A DNA stretch of 64,000 bases from Nemertoderma westbladi (GCA_032718475.1 JAUCBJ010008529.1:53978-117977); one strand, 5' to 3'; positions 27,817 through 39,907 are shown, counted from the first letter of the stretch. The notes: generated by a model from the sequence alone, not told the origin. Numbers and translations are program-made.

Positions 27817-30800
27817 GTTATTGAATTCTATGTTTTTTTTAGGTCTATGCCAGGGGTCATTGAGTTCTATGTATCTTTAGGTCTGTGCCAGGGGTCATTG
27901 AGTTCTATGTATCTTTAGGTCTGTGCCAGGGGTCATTGTGTTCTATGTTTTTTAGGTCTGTGCCAGGGGTCATTGGGTTCTATGTTTTTTTAGGTCTGTG
28001 CCAGGGGTCATTGGGTTCTATGTTTTTTTAGGTCTGTGCCAGGGGTCATTGAGTTCTATGTTTTCTTTAGGTCTGTGCCAGGGGTCATTGAGTTCTATGT
28101 TTTTTTAGGTCTGTGCCAGGGGTCATTGAGTTCTATATTTTTTTAGGTCTGTGCCAGGGGTCATTGAGTTCTATGTTTTTTTAGGTCTGTGCCAGGGGTC
28201 ATTGAGTTCTATGTTTTCTTTAGGTCTGTGCCAGGGGTCATTGAGTTCTATGTTTTCTTTAGGTCTGTGCCAGGGGTCATTGAGTTCTATGTTTTCTTTA
28301 GTTCTGTGCCAGGGGTCATTGAGTTCTATGTTTTTTTAGGTCTGTTGCAGGAGTCATTGAGTTCTATGTTTTCTTTAGGTCTGTGCCAGGGGTCATTGAG
28401 TTCTATGTTTTCTTTAGGTCTGTGCCAGGGGTCATTGAGTTCTATGTTTTTTTTAGGTCTGTGCCAGGGGTCATTGAGTTCTATGTTTTCTTTAGGTCTG
28501 TGCCAGGGGTCATTGAGTTCTATGTTTTTTTAGGTCTGTGCCAGGGGTCATTGAGTTCTATGTTTTTTTAGGTTCTATTTTTTTTAGATCTGTGCCAGGG
28601 GTTATTGAGTTCTATGTTTTTTTTAGGTCTGTGCCAGGGGTCATTGAGTTCTATGTTTTTTTAGGTCTGTGGCAGGGGTCATTGAGTTTTATGTTTTTTT
28701 AGGTCTGTGCCAGGGGTCATTGAGTTCTATGTTTTTTTAGGTCTGTGCCAGAGGTCATTGAGTTCTATGTTTTTTTAGTCTGTGCCAGGGATCATTGAGT
28801 TCTATGTTTTTTTAGGTGTGTGCCAGGGGTCATTGAGTTCTATGTTTTCTTTAGGTCTGTGCCAGGGGTCATTGAGTTCTATGTTTTTTAGGTCTGTGCC
28901 AGGGGTCAATGAGTGCTATGTTTTCTTTAGGTCTGTGCCAGGGGTCATTGAGTTCTATGTTTTTTTAGGTCTGTGCCAGGGGTCATTGAGTTCTATGTTT
29001 TCTTTAGGTCTGTGCCAGGGGTCATTGAGTTCTATGTTTTTTAGGTCTGTGCCAGGGGTCATTGAGTTCTATGTTTTTTTTTAGGTCTGTGCCAGGGGTC
29101 ATTGAGTTCTATGTTTCTTTAGGTCTATGCCAGGGGTCATTGAGTTCTATGTTTCTTTAGGTCTGTGCCAGGGGTCATTGAGTTCTATGTTTTCTTTAGG
29201 TCTGTGCCAGGGGTCATTGAGTTCTATGTTTTTTTAGGTCTGTGCCAGGGGTCATTGAGTTCTATGTTTTTTTAGGTCTGTGTAAGGGGTCATTGAGTTC
29301 TATGTTTTCTTTAGATCTGTGCCAGGGGTCATTGAGTTCTATGTTTTCTTTAGTTCTGTGCCAGGGGTCATTGAGTTCTATGTTTTTTTAGGTCTTTGCC
29401 AGGAGTCATTGAGTTCTATGTTTTCTTTAGGTCTGTGCCAGGGGTCATTGAGTTCTATGTTTTCTTTAGGTCTGTGCCAGGGGTCATTGAGTTCTATGTT
29501 TTTTTTAGGTCTGTGCCAGGGGTCATTGAGTTCTATGTTTTTTTAGGTCTGTGCCAGGGGTCATTGAGTTCTATGTTTTCTTTAGGTCTGTGCCAGGGGT
29601 CATTGAGTTCTATGTTTTTTTAGTTCTGTGCCAGGGGTCATTGAGTTCTACGTTTTCTTTTGGTCTGTGCCAGGGGTCATTGAGTTCTATGTTTTTTTAG
29701 GTCTGTGCCAGGGGTCATTGAGTTCTATGTTTTCTTTAGGTCTGTGCCAGGGGTCATTGAGTTCTATGTTTTTTTAGGTCTGTGCCAGGGGTCATTGAGT
29801 TCTATGTTTTTTTAGGTTCTATTTTTTTTTAGATCTGTGCCAGGGGTTATTGAGTTCTATGTTTTTTTTAGGTCTGTGCCAGGGGTCATTGAGTTCTATG
29901 TTTTTTTAGGTCTGTGCCAGGGGTCATTGAGTTTTATGTTTTTTTAGGTCTGTGCCAGGGGTCATTGAGTTCTATGTTTTTTTAGGTCTGTGCCAGAGGT
30001 CATTGAGTTCTATGTTTTTTTAGTCTGTGCCAGGGATCATTGAGTTCTATGTTTTTTTAGGTGTGTGCCAGGGGTCATTGAGTTCTATGTTTTCTTTAGG
30101 TCTGTGCCAGGGGTCATTGAGTTCTATGTTTTTTAGGTCTGTGCCAGGGGTCAATGAGTGCTATGTTTTCTTTAGGTCTGTGCCAGGGGTCATTGAGTTC
30201 TATGTTTTTTTAGGTCTGTGCCAGGGGTCATTGAGTTCTATGTTTTCTTTAGGTCTGTGCCAGGGGTCATTGAGTTCTATGTTTTTTTAGGTCTGTGCCA
30301 GGGGTCATTGAGTTCTATGTTTTTTTTTAAGTCTGTGCCAGGGGTCATTGAGTTCTATGTTTCTTTAGGTCTATGCCAAGGGTCATTGAGTTCTATGTTT
30401 TTTTAGGTCTGTGCCAGGAGTCATTGAGTTCTATGTTTTTTTAGGTTTGTGCCAGGGGTCATTGAGTTCTATGTTTTTTTTAGGTTTGTGCCAGGGGTCA
30501 TTGAGTTCTATGTTTTCTTTAGATCTGTGCCAGGGGTCATTGAGTTCTATGTTTTTTTTAGGTTTGTGCCAGGGGTCATTGAGTTCTATGTTTTTTTTAG
30601 GTTTGTGCCAGGGGTCATTGAGTTCTATGTTTTCTTTAGATCTGTGCCAGGAGTCATTGAGTTCTATGTTTTTTTAGGTTTGTGCCAGGGGTCATTGAGT
30701 TCTATGTTTTCTTTAGATCTGTGCCAGGGGTCATTGAGTTCTATGTTTTTTTAGGTTTGTGCCAGGGGTCATTGAGTTCTATGTTTTCTTTAGGTCTGTG

Positions 30801-30897
30801 CCAGGGGTCATTGAGTCCTATGTTTTTTTAGGTCTGTGCCAGGAGTCATTGAGTTCTATGTTATTTTTAGGTTTGTGCCAGGGGTCATTGACTTCTA
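27817..30897 (+). repeat. 38/39-bp minisatellite, ~80 copies; each unit spans the intron/exon-C junction (TTCTATGTTTT(C)TTTAG|GTCTGTGCCAGGGGTCATTGAG)
   Basis: Direct periodicity. The last unit runs into the unique coding sequence of exon C (GLCQGSLTSIW). Confidence 0.97.
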
Positions 30898-31097
30898 TAT
30901 GGTCGTCTCTCGAACGACCCACCGATTCTACCTCTGATCTCACTATCCTCTACGATTCTTCTCTTTGTTTCTCGAATCGACTATATCTCGATCTCGATCT
31001 CTCTATCACTAAGGTTTATCTTCACGAGCCCCTTAGCGAAATTATGCGACAGTCGTTGCTTTACGTCAGGGACATGGTTCCGAAAGACTGTTACCAG
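30871..31097 (+). CDS. CFAP92: CFAP92-like exon C
   Basis: ttatttttAG|GTTTGTGC ... TACCAG|GTAACT. Encodes GLCQGSLTSIWSSLERP...ILYDSSLCFSNRLYLDL...VYLHEPL...LLYVRDMVPKDCYQ, similar to recalled VLYNSQLLFRSRLYGDL..VHLFQP. 227 nt, phase 1 to 0, joins exons B and D in frame. Confidence 0.85.
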
Positions 31098-31348
31098 GTA
31101 ACTAGGCCTCTATTGTAGGCGTGTACCAACCCACGGAAAGGGTATCTCTCTTTTTGCTATACTGTTTATGAAACTAATTTAAACTTTCAATAATAATTTT
31201 CTAGAATAGTTATGCGATGCCACTATTGTTTTGACGTTTTCTCCTCCTTATTTATCTGTCCCTTTATTCCACTTTTCCCAATCCGTAGCTACAGTAGCCC
31301 TACTACAGTACTACAGTACACCATGTCCCGTAAGCAAAGCAAAGCAAC

Positions 31349-32839
31349 AATTTTTCTACAAATCTTTATCATATTGCTTGAAATTTGAAACACAACTAGT
31401 TCCACTCACCGCCGTTGACCACATGAAGCCGGAATTTTCGATTTTGCCTTTAAATTTTTTTTATAAGCGTTTTAAAAAAGTGTCTTTTGCGAAATTTTGT
31501 CGTTATATTTTCATATCATTAAAAAGCTTGCCTTGCAAGGATTCGAAATATGTAAATATCTGAATTTCGTTGAGAAACAGCTGAGATATAGGCATTCAAA
31601 GATTTCAAGAAGTAGTGTTCGCTGAATGTCATTTTTTCTATTTAACTAGAAAGCCAGCCAGCTGGCTGGAAGGAGCCCGGGGGAAGAATCATAGCCAAGA
31701 CTATTACAAATAACTATGTCAGTCAGCAGTAAGTAAACTAAACAATTGTCTAAACTGTAAGGCGTGAGGTGAGGCTAGCTGACTTTGTGGCTCGCCCCAC
31801 ATAATAAAAAATGACACTTTGTTACCACTAACAAAAATATGATATGCTGACTTGTGGCTCGTCCCACATAATAAAAAATTAAACTTTGCTACCACTAACA
31901 AAAATATGATATGAAGCAAATAATTTCATTATCAAGCACGTTTACAAGATATAAAAGATAAGATTACCGAATATTTATAAAAAATGCCCATGATGCACAA
32001 CCAGATAAATAACAACGAATAGAGCCAAATAATAAATTTAGTTTCCTTCTATAGGTATTACCCCGTCGTCAAGCGGAATATCTCTTCCCAGTGAGTCCCA
32101 TGCGAATATATAATATAGGTACTCCTGCTAAGTTAGGCGGTAGGCCAGCGGGCTCCAAATACATACAACTATTATAGGTCAACTTTAAAACAATTTGCAA
32201 TCCACAGTGAGTAACAACTTCAATAGGACACAACACACTGCTTTGTGTAACTAAAATTCCTTCTCCTGATCCACCCCCTAACATAGCAGAGTGAGTATCC
32301 TTATTGTAGATATACCCTTAGGAAGCACTGGGAGAGCAATCCGTTTATAGGGTAATACATTAGAAACCCATAGCTTATGTATGAGTAAACATTGCCTTTC
32401 CTTATAGCCTACTAGTAAAATTTGGCAACTAACACGTTTTACTATGAATGTGTATAATTCTGACATATTAAGCCATATTTCATCGTGAACACCAGCTGTT
32501 ATTTTACCATTGCTTTTAATTTGGCGACAAAATAATTTCAAAAAACTAAATATATTTAATACCGCACATAGAATCGATCTGATATTTTCTAACTCGATTA
32601 TGAACCACCAAAGCAATGTTCTTGAAATTTAGAGCTGTAGTTTTGGAAATTTTGACCTGAAATTTTGGGGCTGTAGAAATTTCGCACTGTTGTGTCCCTA
32701 GGCAAGACACTTTAGACATTAGTGCAAACCCAGCGGTATAATGGGAACCTGGCTTTGCTAGGGTAATGATAATAAAAGCAGGCGCTTTGATAAGGTCGTA
32801 AGACCCCTAAAGGCGCCTGCTATAACAAATATAAGTACA

Positions 32840-32871
<32 letters not shown>

Positions 32872-33421
32872 TTGTAAAATTTCAACAAAATCGCCAGGCC
32901 GGAAGTGCCTGAACGTGGATAATTATCAGTCAGTCGAGCGGGCTCCTAATAAATACACGAAGTTCTGGAACATTTAAGTTTGAATATGAAGTATTGAACT
33001 TGTTTAAGTATGAATAGCTACGCAATACAGTATATATATTGTACAGGCATACCGCTGTTGCAAACGAACTTATAAAATAAATAACACATTCTAGAATTTT
33101 GTGTATTTATTAAATAGAATAAATGACCTGCCGCGAATGCAATCTTTGTACGCCTATATCTCAGCTGTTTCTCAACGAAATTCAGAAGAACAAATTTGGA
33201 ATCCTTGCAACGCAAGCTTTTTAATGATATGAATTACGACTAACGTGAAGAATGGCCACGATACGGAGGGTGCGATGTCGCAAAAGACACTTTTTTTAAA
33301 ACGCTTATAAAAAAATTTAAAGGAGAAATTGAAAATTCCGGCTTCATTGTAACAACCACGGTGAGTTGAACTAGTTGTGTTTCAAATTTCAAGCAATATG
33401 ATAAAGATGTTTAGAAAAATT
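31349..33421. mobile_element. Pair of ~300-bp imperfect inverted repeats (31349-31645 / 33110-33421); probable non-autonomous DNA transposon or two inverted copies of a dispersed repeat
   Basis: TCTTTATCATATTGCTTGAAATTTGAAACACAACTAGTT and TGAATTTCGTTGAGAAACAGCTGAGATATAGGC recur as reverse complements in 33110-33421. No TSD established. Confidence 0.6.
32685..32870 (+). mobile_element. 5'-truncated SINE-like fragment (CORE-like central motif, LINE-like 3' tail, (ATT)n end)
   Basis: GTTGTGTCCCTAGGCAAGACACTT...ACCCAGCGGTATAATGGGAACC...GCGCTTTGA...AAGGCGC...ATTATTATT resembles CORE-type SINE bodies with L2-type tails. Confidence 0.55.
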
Positions 33422-33502
33422 TGGGGGGGGGGGGGGGGACATGGTGTATATGTTAAGTACGTCCAAGGATTTCATTCTATTTAACAAACATTCTAGAGGT
33501 GC

Positions 33503-33579
33503 ATTTACGGTGCTTTTACAGTGCTTTTACGGTGTTTTTACGGTGCTTTTACGGTGTTTTTACGGTGCTTTTACGGTGC
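33503..33579. repeat. 11-bp tandem repeat (TTTTACGGTGC) x~7
   Basis: Direct periodicity. Confidence 0.9.
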
Positions 33580-33673
33580 AGGACCATTTGCTTTTGAAGA
33601 ACAATGCGTGTAATCAACAATTTGCTGAAAAATTAATACAAATAATTTATAGAAAATTTATTTTATTTTTTAG

Positions 33674-34089
33674 GGTTTAAGCAAATTGCATCAACTAAGT
33701 CAGTCTACATGTTTGAAGGATGTTTGTCGTAACCAACTCTTCCCTACCGCTCCTATGGTAACCGCTGTTGGTAAAGAACTTGCCTTACCAGTTACCTCAG
33801 ATCAACTGGAGTTGATGCAGAGATTGGCCACTCCCATGGCAACGGCCCAGTTGCAGCCGACAACCTCGACCAAGGGCAGCAGGGCGTGGACCCCGCTGGC
33901 TATGACCAACGAGGATTACGAAGAAGCCAAAGCCGAGGCCGATTACCAAAGGTCATTGTGTAACTACTTAGAGGAAAATAAGAACGAGATTGAGAGAGTT
34001 AGTGAGATTAATCGGAGTGCGAAACGTCGTCCACCGGAGTTTACGACGCCATTGCGGAGTGCGGAGCTGCCAAAACTTTATAATTATAG
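33674..34089 (+). CDS. CFAP92: CFAP92-like exon D
   Basis: ttttttAG|GGTTTA ... AATTATAG|GTAAGT. Encodes GLSKLHQL...LKDVCRNQLFPTAPMV...NYLEENK...LYNY(S). 416 nt, phase 0 to 2. Confidence 0.85.
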
Positions 34090-34530
34090 GTAAGTGCAAT
34101 ACAGAAGATCAATCATACCGAATCATACAATTAATACATAAATTAATTATACTTTCAAATATACTCGTGGCATATATTCGACTAAAAATGAGAGATACAG
34201 TATATGACATACAGTATTATATTTCTTATTACTCATTAAGGGGGGGGGGGGGGGGGGGGTGGGTAGCGCCCCCACATTAATGTAATTATCATCGCTAGCT
34301 ATCGCTTCTTGGTTTGCAAATTATACTTTGGGTTTAGAGGGAAATAAACCCTATTTTCTTTCCATGTAATAATCAGATGTTGTGTACTATATTTCATATT
34401 ATATATATTGTGGAAATTAAAATGGGTCTACACGAGAGGATGGTCGCGGTAAATAGCATACAATTTCCGGAGTCTAGACATAAAGCTGCGCAAATATAAT
34501 GACAATAAACCTTGCCATTGTTTGTGGGTT

Positions 34531-35801
34531 ATACGCTGAGGGACTGACAGACAGAGAGTCGGTGTTTTATGCTGAGGGACGAATAGACAGAGTCGGTGTT
34601 TTACGCTGAGGGACTGACAGACAGAGAGTCGGTGTTTTACGCTGAGGGACGAATAGACAGAGTCGGTGTTTTACGCTGAGGGACTGACAGACAGAGAGTC
34701 GGTGTTTTACGCCGAGGGACTGACAGCCAGAGAGTCGGTGATTTCCGCTGAGGTACGGACAGCCAGAAAGTCGGTGTTTTACGCTGAGGGACTGACAGAC
34801 AGAGTCGGTGTTTTACTCAGAGGGACGGACAGCCAGAGAGTCGGTGATTTACGTTGAGGGACGGACAGCCAGAGAGTCGGTGTTTTACGCTGAGGGACTG
34901 ACAGTCAGAGTCGGTGTTTTACGCTGAGGGGCTGACAGACAGAGTCGGTGTTTTACACTGAGGGACTGACAGACAGAGAGTCGGTGTTTTACGCTGAGGG
35001 ACTGACAGACAGAGTCGGTGTTTTACGCTGAGGGACTAACAGACAGAGTCTGTGTTTTACGCTGAGGGACTGACAGACAGAGAGTCGGTGTTTTACGCTG
35101 AGGGACTGACAGACAGAGAGTCGGTGTTTTACGCTGAGGGACGGACAAACAGAGAGTCGGTGTTTTACGCTGAGGGACAGACAGAGAGTCGGTGTTTTAC
35201 GCTGAGGGACTGACAGACAGAGAGTCGGGGTTTTACGCTGAGGGACAGACAGACAGAGTCGGTGATTTACGCTGAGGGACTGACAGACAGAGAGTCTGTG
35301 TTTTACGCTGAGGGACTGACAGACAGAGAGTCGGTGTTTTACGCTGAGGGCCTGACAGACAGCGTCGGTATCTTACGCTGAGGGACTGACAGACAGAGAG
35401 TCGGTATTTTACGCTGAGGGACTGACAGACAGAGTCGGTGTTTTACGCTGAGGGACTGACAGACAGAGAGTCGGTGTTTTACGCTGAGGGACTGACAGAC
35501 AGAGAGTCGGTGTTTTACGTTGAGGGACTGACAGACAGAGAGTCTGTGTTTTACGCTGAGGGACTGACAGACAGAGTCGGTATCTTACGCTGAGGGACTG
35601 ACAGACAGAGAGTCGGTATTTTACGCTGAGGGACTGACAGACAGAGAGTCAGTGTTTTACGCTGAGGGACTGACAGACAGAGAGTCGGTGTTTTACGCTG
35701 AGGGACTGACAGACAGAGAGTCGGTGTTATACGCAGAGGGACTGACAGACAGAGAGTCAGTGTTTTACGCTGAGGGACTGACAGACAGAGAGTCGGTGTT
35801 T
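34531..35801. repeat. 34/36-bp intronic minisatellite (GGTGTTTTACGCTGAGGGACTGACAGACAG(AG)AGTC), ~36 copies
   Basis: Direct periodicity; ends ~47 bp upstream of exon E. Confidence 0.97.
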
Positions 35802-35848
35802 GCATTTTTTAGTTTTGTTTTAGATTTTTCCTCTGTCTCCTGTTTTAG

Positions 35849-36019
35849 TACGCAAACTCTGAACTCAACAGAATTAGCGAAGCGAGATTTCCGGAATTAT
35901 CTGTCGTCAACTTTTCCGGGCCGACGGTTTACCTACAGTATCCGATATAATTCTGCGACCATAAAACCGACATCCCGTGATGAGGTCTCAACCCCGTGGC
36001 AAACACCCGACGGATTTCG
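35849..36019 (+). CDS. CFAP92: CFAP92-like exon E
   Basis: ctgttttAG|TACG ... GGATTTCG|GTTAGT. With exon D it reads YNYSTQTLNSTELAKRDF...RRFTYS...WQTPDGFR, matching the recalled YNYSTQTMNSTELAK...RFTYS...WLT..GF. 171 nt, phase 2 to 2. Confidence 0.9.
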
Positions 36020-36885
36020 GTTAGTTCATTTTCTATTATTTTCTAATTATTAGTTTTAAATTTTATTTTTTCTCGTTAACAAGAAACTCAAGACAAGAAA
36101 CAAGCAACAAGAAACTGAAACTCCGCTGGTATAACGTCGCTTAACGTAACTTAGGTATTCATGGCGCAACCCAAGAAGGAACCCAGTAAAACACTGCACC
36201 AAGAAGGGACCACCTTGGTGTAAGCCTGCGTTGGCGTTACATTGAGAAGGGGTACAGTCCATGTGCAAAATGTGTAAATCTGGCAGGTGAAAAATATGTA
36301 AATCTTGAGATGTTGTGTGAAAAATATGTAAGTGACTGGATATATATTGGCAAGGGACATGTCATTTTTGCTAGAACATTTTTTAATTAATGCTTTTTCT
36401 AATCGACTTTCGTAAACCACTCGACTTCAAATGTAAATTTATTTTCTTTTTTGTCACAATAAATCTTTTTAATCTCTACAATAATACTAAATTACTTTTT
36501 CAATAATATATCTTATTTATGTGTTTCTGTTACTCTTTATGACGATCACGAATCATAATGTATTATGTTTTTAACAGATACACAGACACATTTTACAAAT
36601 ACATACAGCAGTAAAATTATATTGTTCCATTAACAGTTATACTGTATATTAATTTTACTTCAATAAGCAATAACAATTTTGATTAACCACACACTCAGAG
36701 TGAATGCCACATTCTAAAAATACTGAAATACCTGTATTCTGAAATATACTAATAACATTTTCTAAAATACTGTATTCTGAAATATACTAATAACATTTTC
36801 TAAAATACTGTATACTGAAATATACTAATAACATTTTCTACATAGACAGGCAGCCGAATTCATCAAGTTTCAATTGTTTTTTAGC

Positions 36886-37640
36886 TCAAGCTTCTAGTTG
36901 CCTCCTAAGGTTGGTGTTAAGTTTTCTATTACGATGATCCAGAATGAGTCTCAGGCAGAATACATGAGTAGACGGTTTCATTTTGTTTAGAAAATATGCA
37001 AAACTATTAATATCTTTATTAAATTGTTCAACGACTTGTGTGTTGCAATTTTTTAATTCTGGTATTAATTTAACTCGATGTAGATGTTCAACCTCTGCCT
37101 TACAATTATCCTGATGAAATTTATCGAATAAACACAGGTGTTCAGCAGAATTCGAAACAGGATGAATTTGACTAAACCTTCTGAAACTCCCGGTAGAATT
37201 GTTTTCTATTGCATCGTGTGATACTGATACACAATCTATTCCTCTGGAATCACCACAGAAAACTGTTGTTTGGAAATTGATAATTGAATGAATTGAAATT
37301 AATAAGTTTTTTCCAACTCGGAGCTTCCCAAACAGCCAGTTGAATATTGCCACTGCTGGCTTCAGCAACGCGCCCTTCATTTGGTGAAAACAACTCAGGA
37401 CATCTTTTGTTAGCATGTCGCAAAAGCATTGGGGGCATATCAATGATGGTATTTTTGGAACAAACTTCATAGATTGCAACATATCAGTGTAATCTCTTGG
37501 ACTTTCGCATCGCAAATTTACTTTGGCACAATAGCTAATGCCATGGCGGAATATACCGGTGGCAAGGCCACCTGATTTCCTCACAATGTTTTAAACCGCT
37601 TACGATATTCTGGATCACTGGAATCAAGATTATATAGAAT
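36886..37640 (-). pseudogene. Frameshifted KDZ (Kyakuja-Dileera-Zisupton)/HMGXB3-like transposase fragment
   Basis: Motifs KSGG...RHGISY..K..LRCESPRDYTDML, (other frame) HANKRCPELFSPNEGR, and LFDKFHQDN...LIPEL..CNTQVVEQFN are typical of KDZ-type transposase C-terminal regions. They are spread over more than one frame. Confidence 0.7.
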
Positions 37641-38585
37641 AGCTTTGTATTATGTATGTATTAAAAAACTTTTCGCTTGATCCTTATAAACACGATTAAC
37701 ATAGACCTTAATTTGAACAAGTGACATCGAATACATTATTTCCAAAACATCTTGCAGTCAGTGAAACAGGAATAGGCTTACACAGCTACATAGGCCTAAT
37801 ATTACTGTTAATTTTAAATTTCACTTTGCGCAAATTGGCATGCACTACAATATGCGACAGTGGGGCAGCGCCCACACATAAGTCCAGAGAAGCCTTTTCG
37901 TAGAGGTACTGTACAATTAGTGAACCTTGAGTAATTCTCCCCCTAGAGGCCGACAGAGGAACTATAGAAGTCTGTCTGTCTGTATGTAGAATTTTAAAAA
38001 TTGTTATAGAATACATTACATATGTATCAAGTTTGGTTCCATTTCAATAAAGATTGACCGACTTAGTAGCGTTCAAACGTTTCCAACGATGACAACGACA
38101 ACGGATGGCTGCACTAACTACACACCTACACGTTAAGGCTCAACTGGACTTACATGGCTATCGCCCCACGCACATGTCTAACATAGAATTCACCACTACA
38201 GATAGGAGCACTAAACCAAACTAATACAAACTAGGGTAGTTGTTACCAATAAATATATTAATGGGTAACAAAAATGGCAAAACTATTTTCAAAGAAAATC
38301 AAGAATGACAATTTATGCATCATGTACAACGTTTATATTACATACAACACCATGCTTACTGTGCATATTTTTCACCTCTTACATCATATTTTTCACCTAT
38401 CAGATTTACACATTTTGCACATGGACTGTACCTCTGCAAGTTACATTGGCTTATGATTGGAATATACATCTCAGCTGCAGGGAGTTGTATGGAGGATTAC
38501 TACCGTACACCTCTTAACCTTTGAGTAACTACACTTAAAAATTCCGGCACACTGCCGCCTTTTTGTTATAAATAATTAAAGACCA

Positions 38586-39829
38586 TGTTCGCGCTTTCGA
38601 AGACCTTTAGCAGTTTAACCTGCCAAATTTTATATGTCTTTTCGTTAATTAAAACCACTTTAGCATACGACAATAATTTATGCTAATACGCAAAACATTT
38701 GCCGAAGTCAGCCCATGCGCGATCATTCACCCGATGGATCTACACCCGGGAGACTGAATTCGGATGCTTGAATTGTATTATTACAGTGTAAGATTGCAGT
38801 GTATACCTAATGTATTATTCGATAGATCGTTAATAATTAATCTCTGACAGATATTATTGGCTTTCGGGAAATATTAACAGTTCCTTTAGGACGTGGCGCT
38901 TTATCTATTTAAACAGAACTAAGACTTATACTAAACGCAACGATACTGCTTATGATTAAAGTATAAAACGTATTCTTTAGGAAATACTTTGTTACCAATC
39001 ACAATCACACACACTATTCTGCCGACAGTCAGTACATTTGATCACACATAAAGAGAGCAGTAATTGACTCACGTAGGGTCTGCTAAATAACATTGGATTC
39101 AATACACACCACATTAATATAAATCGCAATTGTTATGTATAGCCGGTCTCTCTAACCTGTAGTGTTATCAAGAAAATTGGGAATTGGGTGATTTATCCGT
39201 ATTATCCCAATAGCAATATTTCCATCAACAAATATTTACAATTAATAACTGACGGTAAAATAACAGTACAAACAATATGATTAATGAATTAGTGAGTGAT
39301 TTAAGTCAGGTGACACCGCCGGTAACAGTTTATACTTTCGATAATTCAAGCAGTTCACGGTACAGCAGTATCTATCCAAAATGCCGGTGTTTCTGGCTTA
39401 GACAGCAATAACAACAAAAGTAAGCACTCTCTCTCTCTCTCCCAGTCAGAGAGAACACTCTCCTTATGATCGGCAGGAAAGCTACACGTCGACAGGAAAA
39501 ACCGCCCTGATTGGCCCAAGCCAAACAAAGAACCACGCTGCCAATGGCTGTTTCCATGTCAGCAACCAGCTGCTAGATGTCGTAATATGAATCATCACGG
39601 CTAAGCTGTGAAAGGTGGTTTGTGCATTACAAGTTTTTGTCTTACCATGTCCGCTAAAACACGTATATAGCAGAATGATTTTTATGTCCGTTAAAACACC
39701 TGTAAAGGTACCTTGCGGGCGAGGGGAATATATATACAGTTAGAAAACCTTTTTTAGAGTATTCCAGCGCCGGGGGGGGAACTGGCCAGCAAAGGCAAAC
39801 GTATCAGTTATCCCACAAAAGCTTTTACA
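38586..39829 (-). repeat. 3' LTR (1244 bp)
   Basis: Same length as 49189-50432; no mismatch found in spot checks by eye. Termini TGT...ACA. Confidence 0.95.
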
Positions 39830-39839
39830 CCGCTCCCAG
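39830..39839 (-). other. Putative polypurine tract (CTGGGAGCGG)
   Basis: G-rich tract directly 5' of the 3' LTR on the element's sense strand; short and imperfect. Confidence 0.55.
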
Positions 39840-39907
39840 AAAATGGGATTTAAGTCTATAAAATATACAAAATCACAGTTTCTAAAATACAAAAATACTC
39901 TAAACAG

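Noticed and set aside
26930-30754. ORFs in the 30-bp and 38/39-bp arrays
   Set aside because: Translations of tandem repeats; only the last unit(s) belong to exon C.
1-30897. CRISPR array interpretation of the 28-39 bp repeats
   Set aside because: Units are head-to-tail with no unique spacers, there are no cas genes, and the context is a spliced eukaryotic gene.
39372-39557. 61-aa ORF duplicated at 49975-50160
   Set aside because: Lies inside the LTRs; duplicated only because the LTR is; no recognisable domain.
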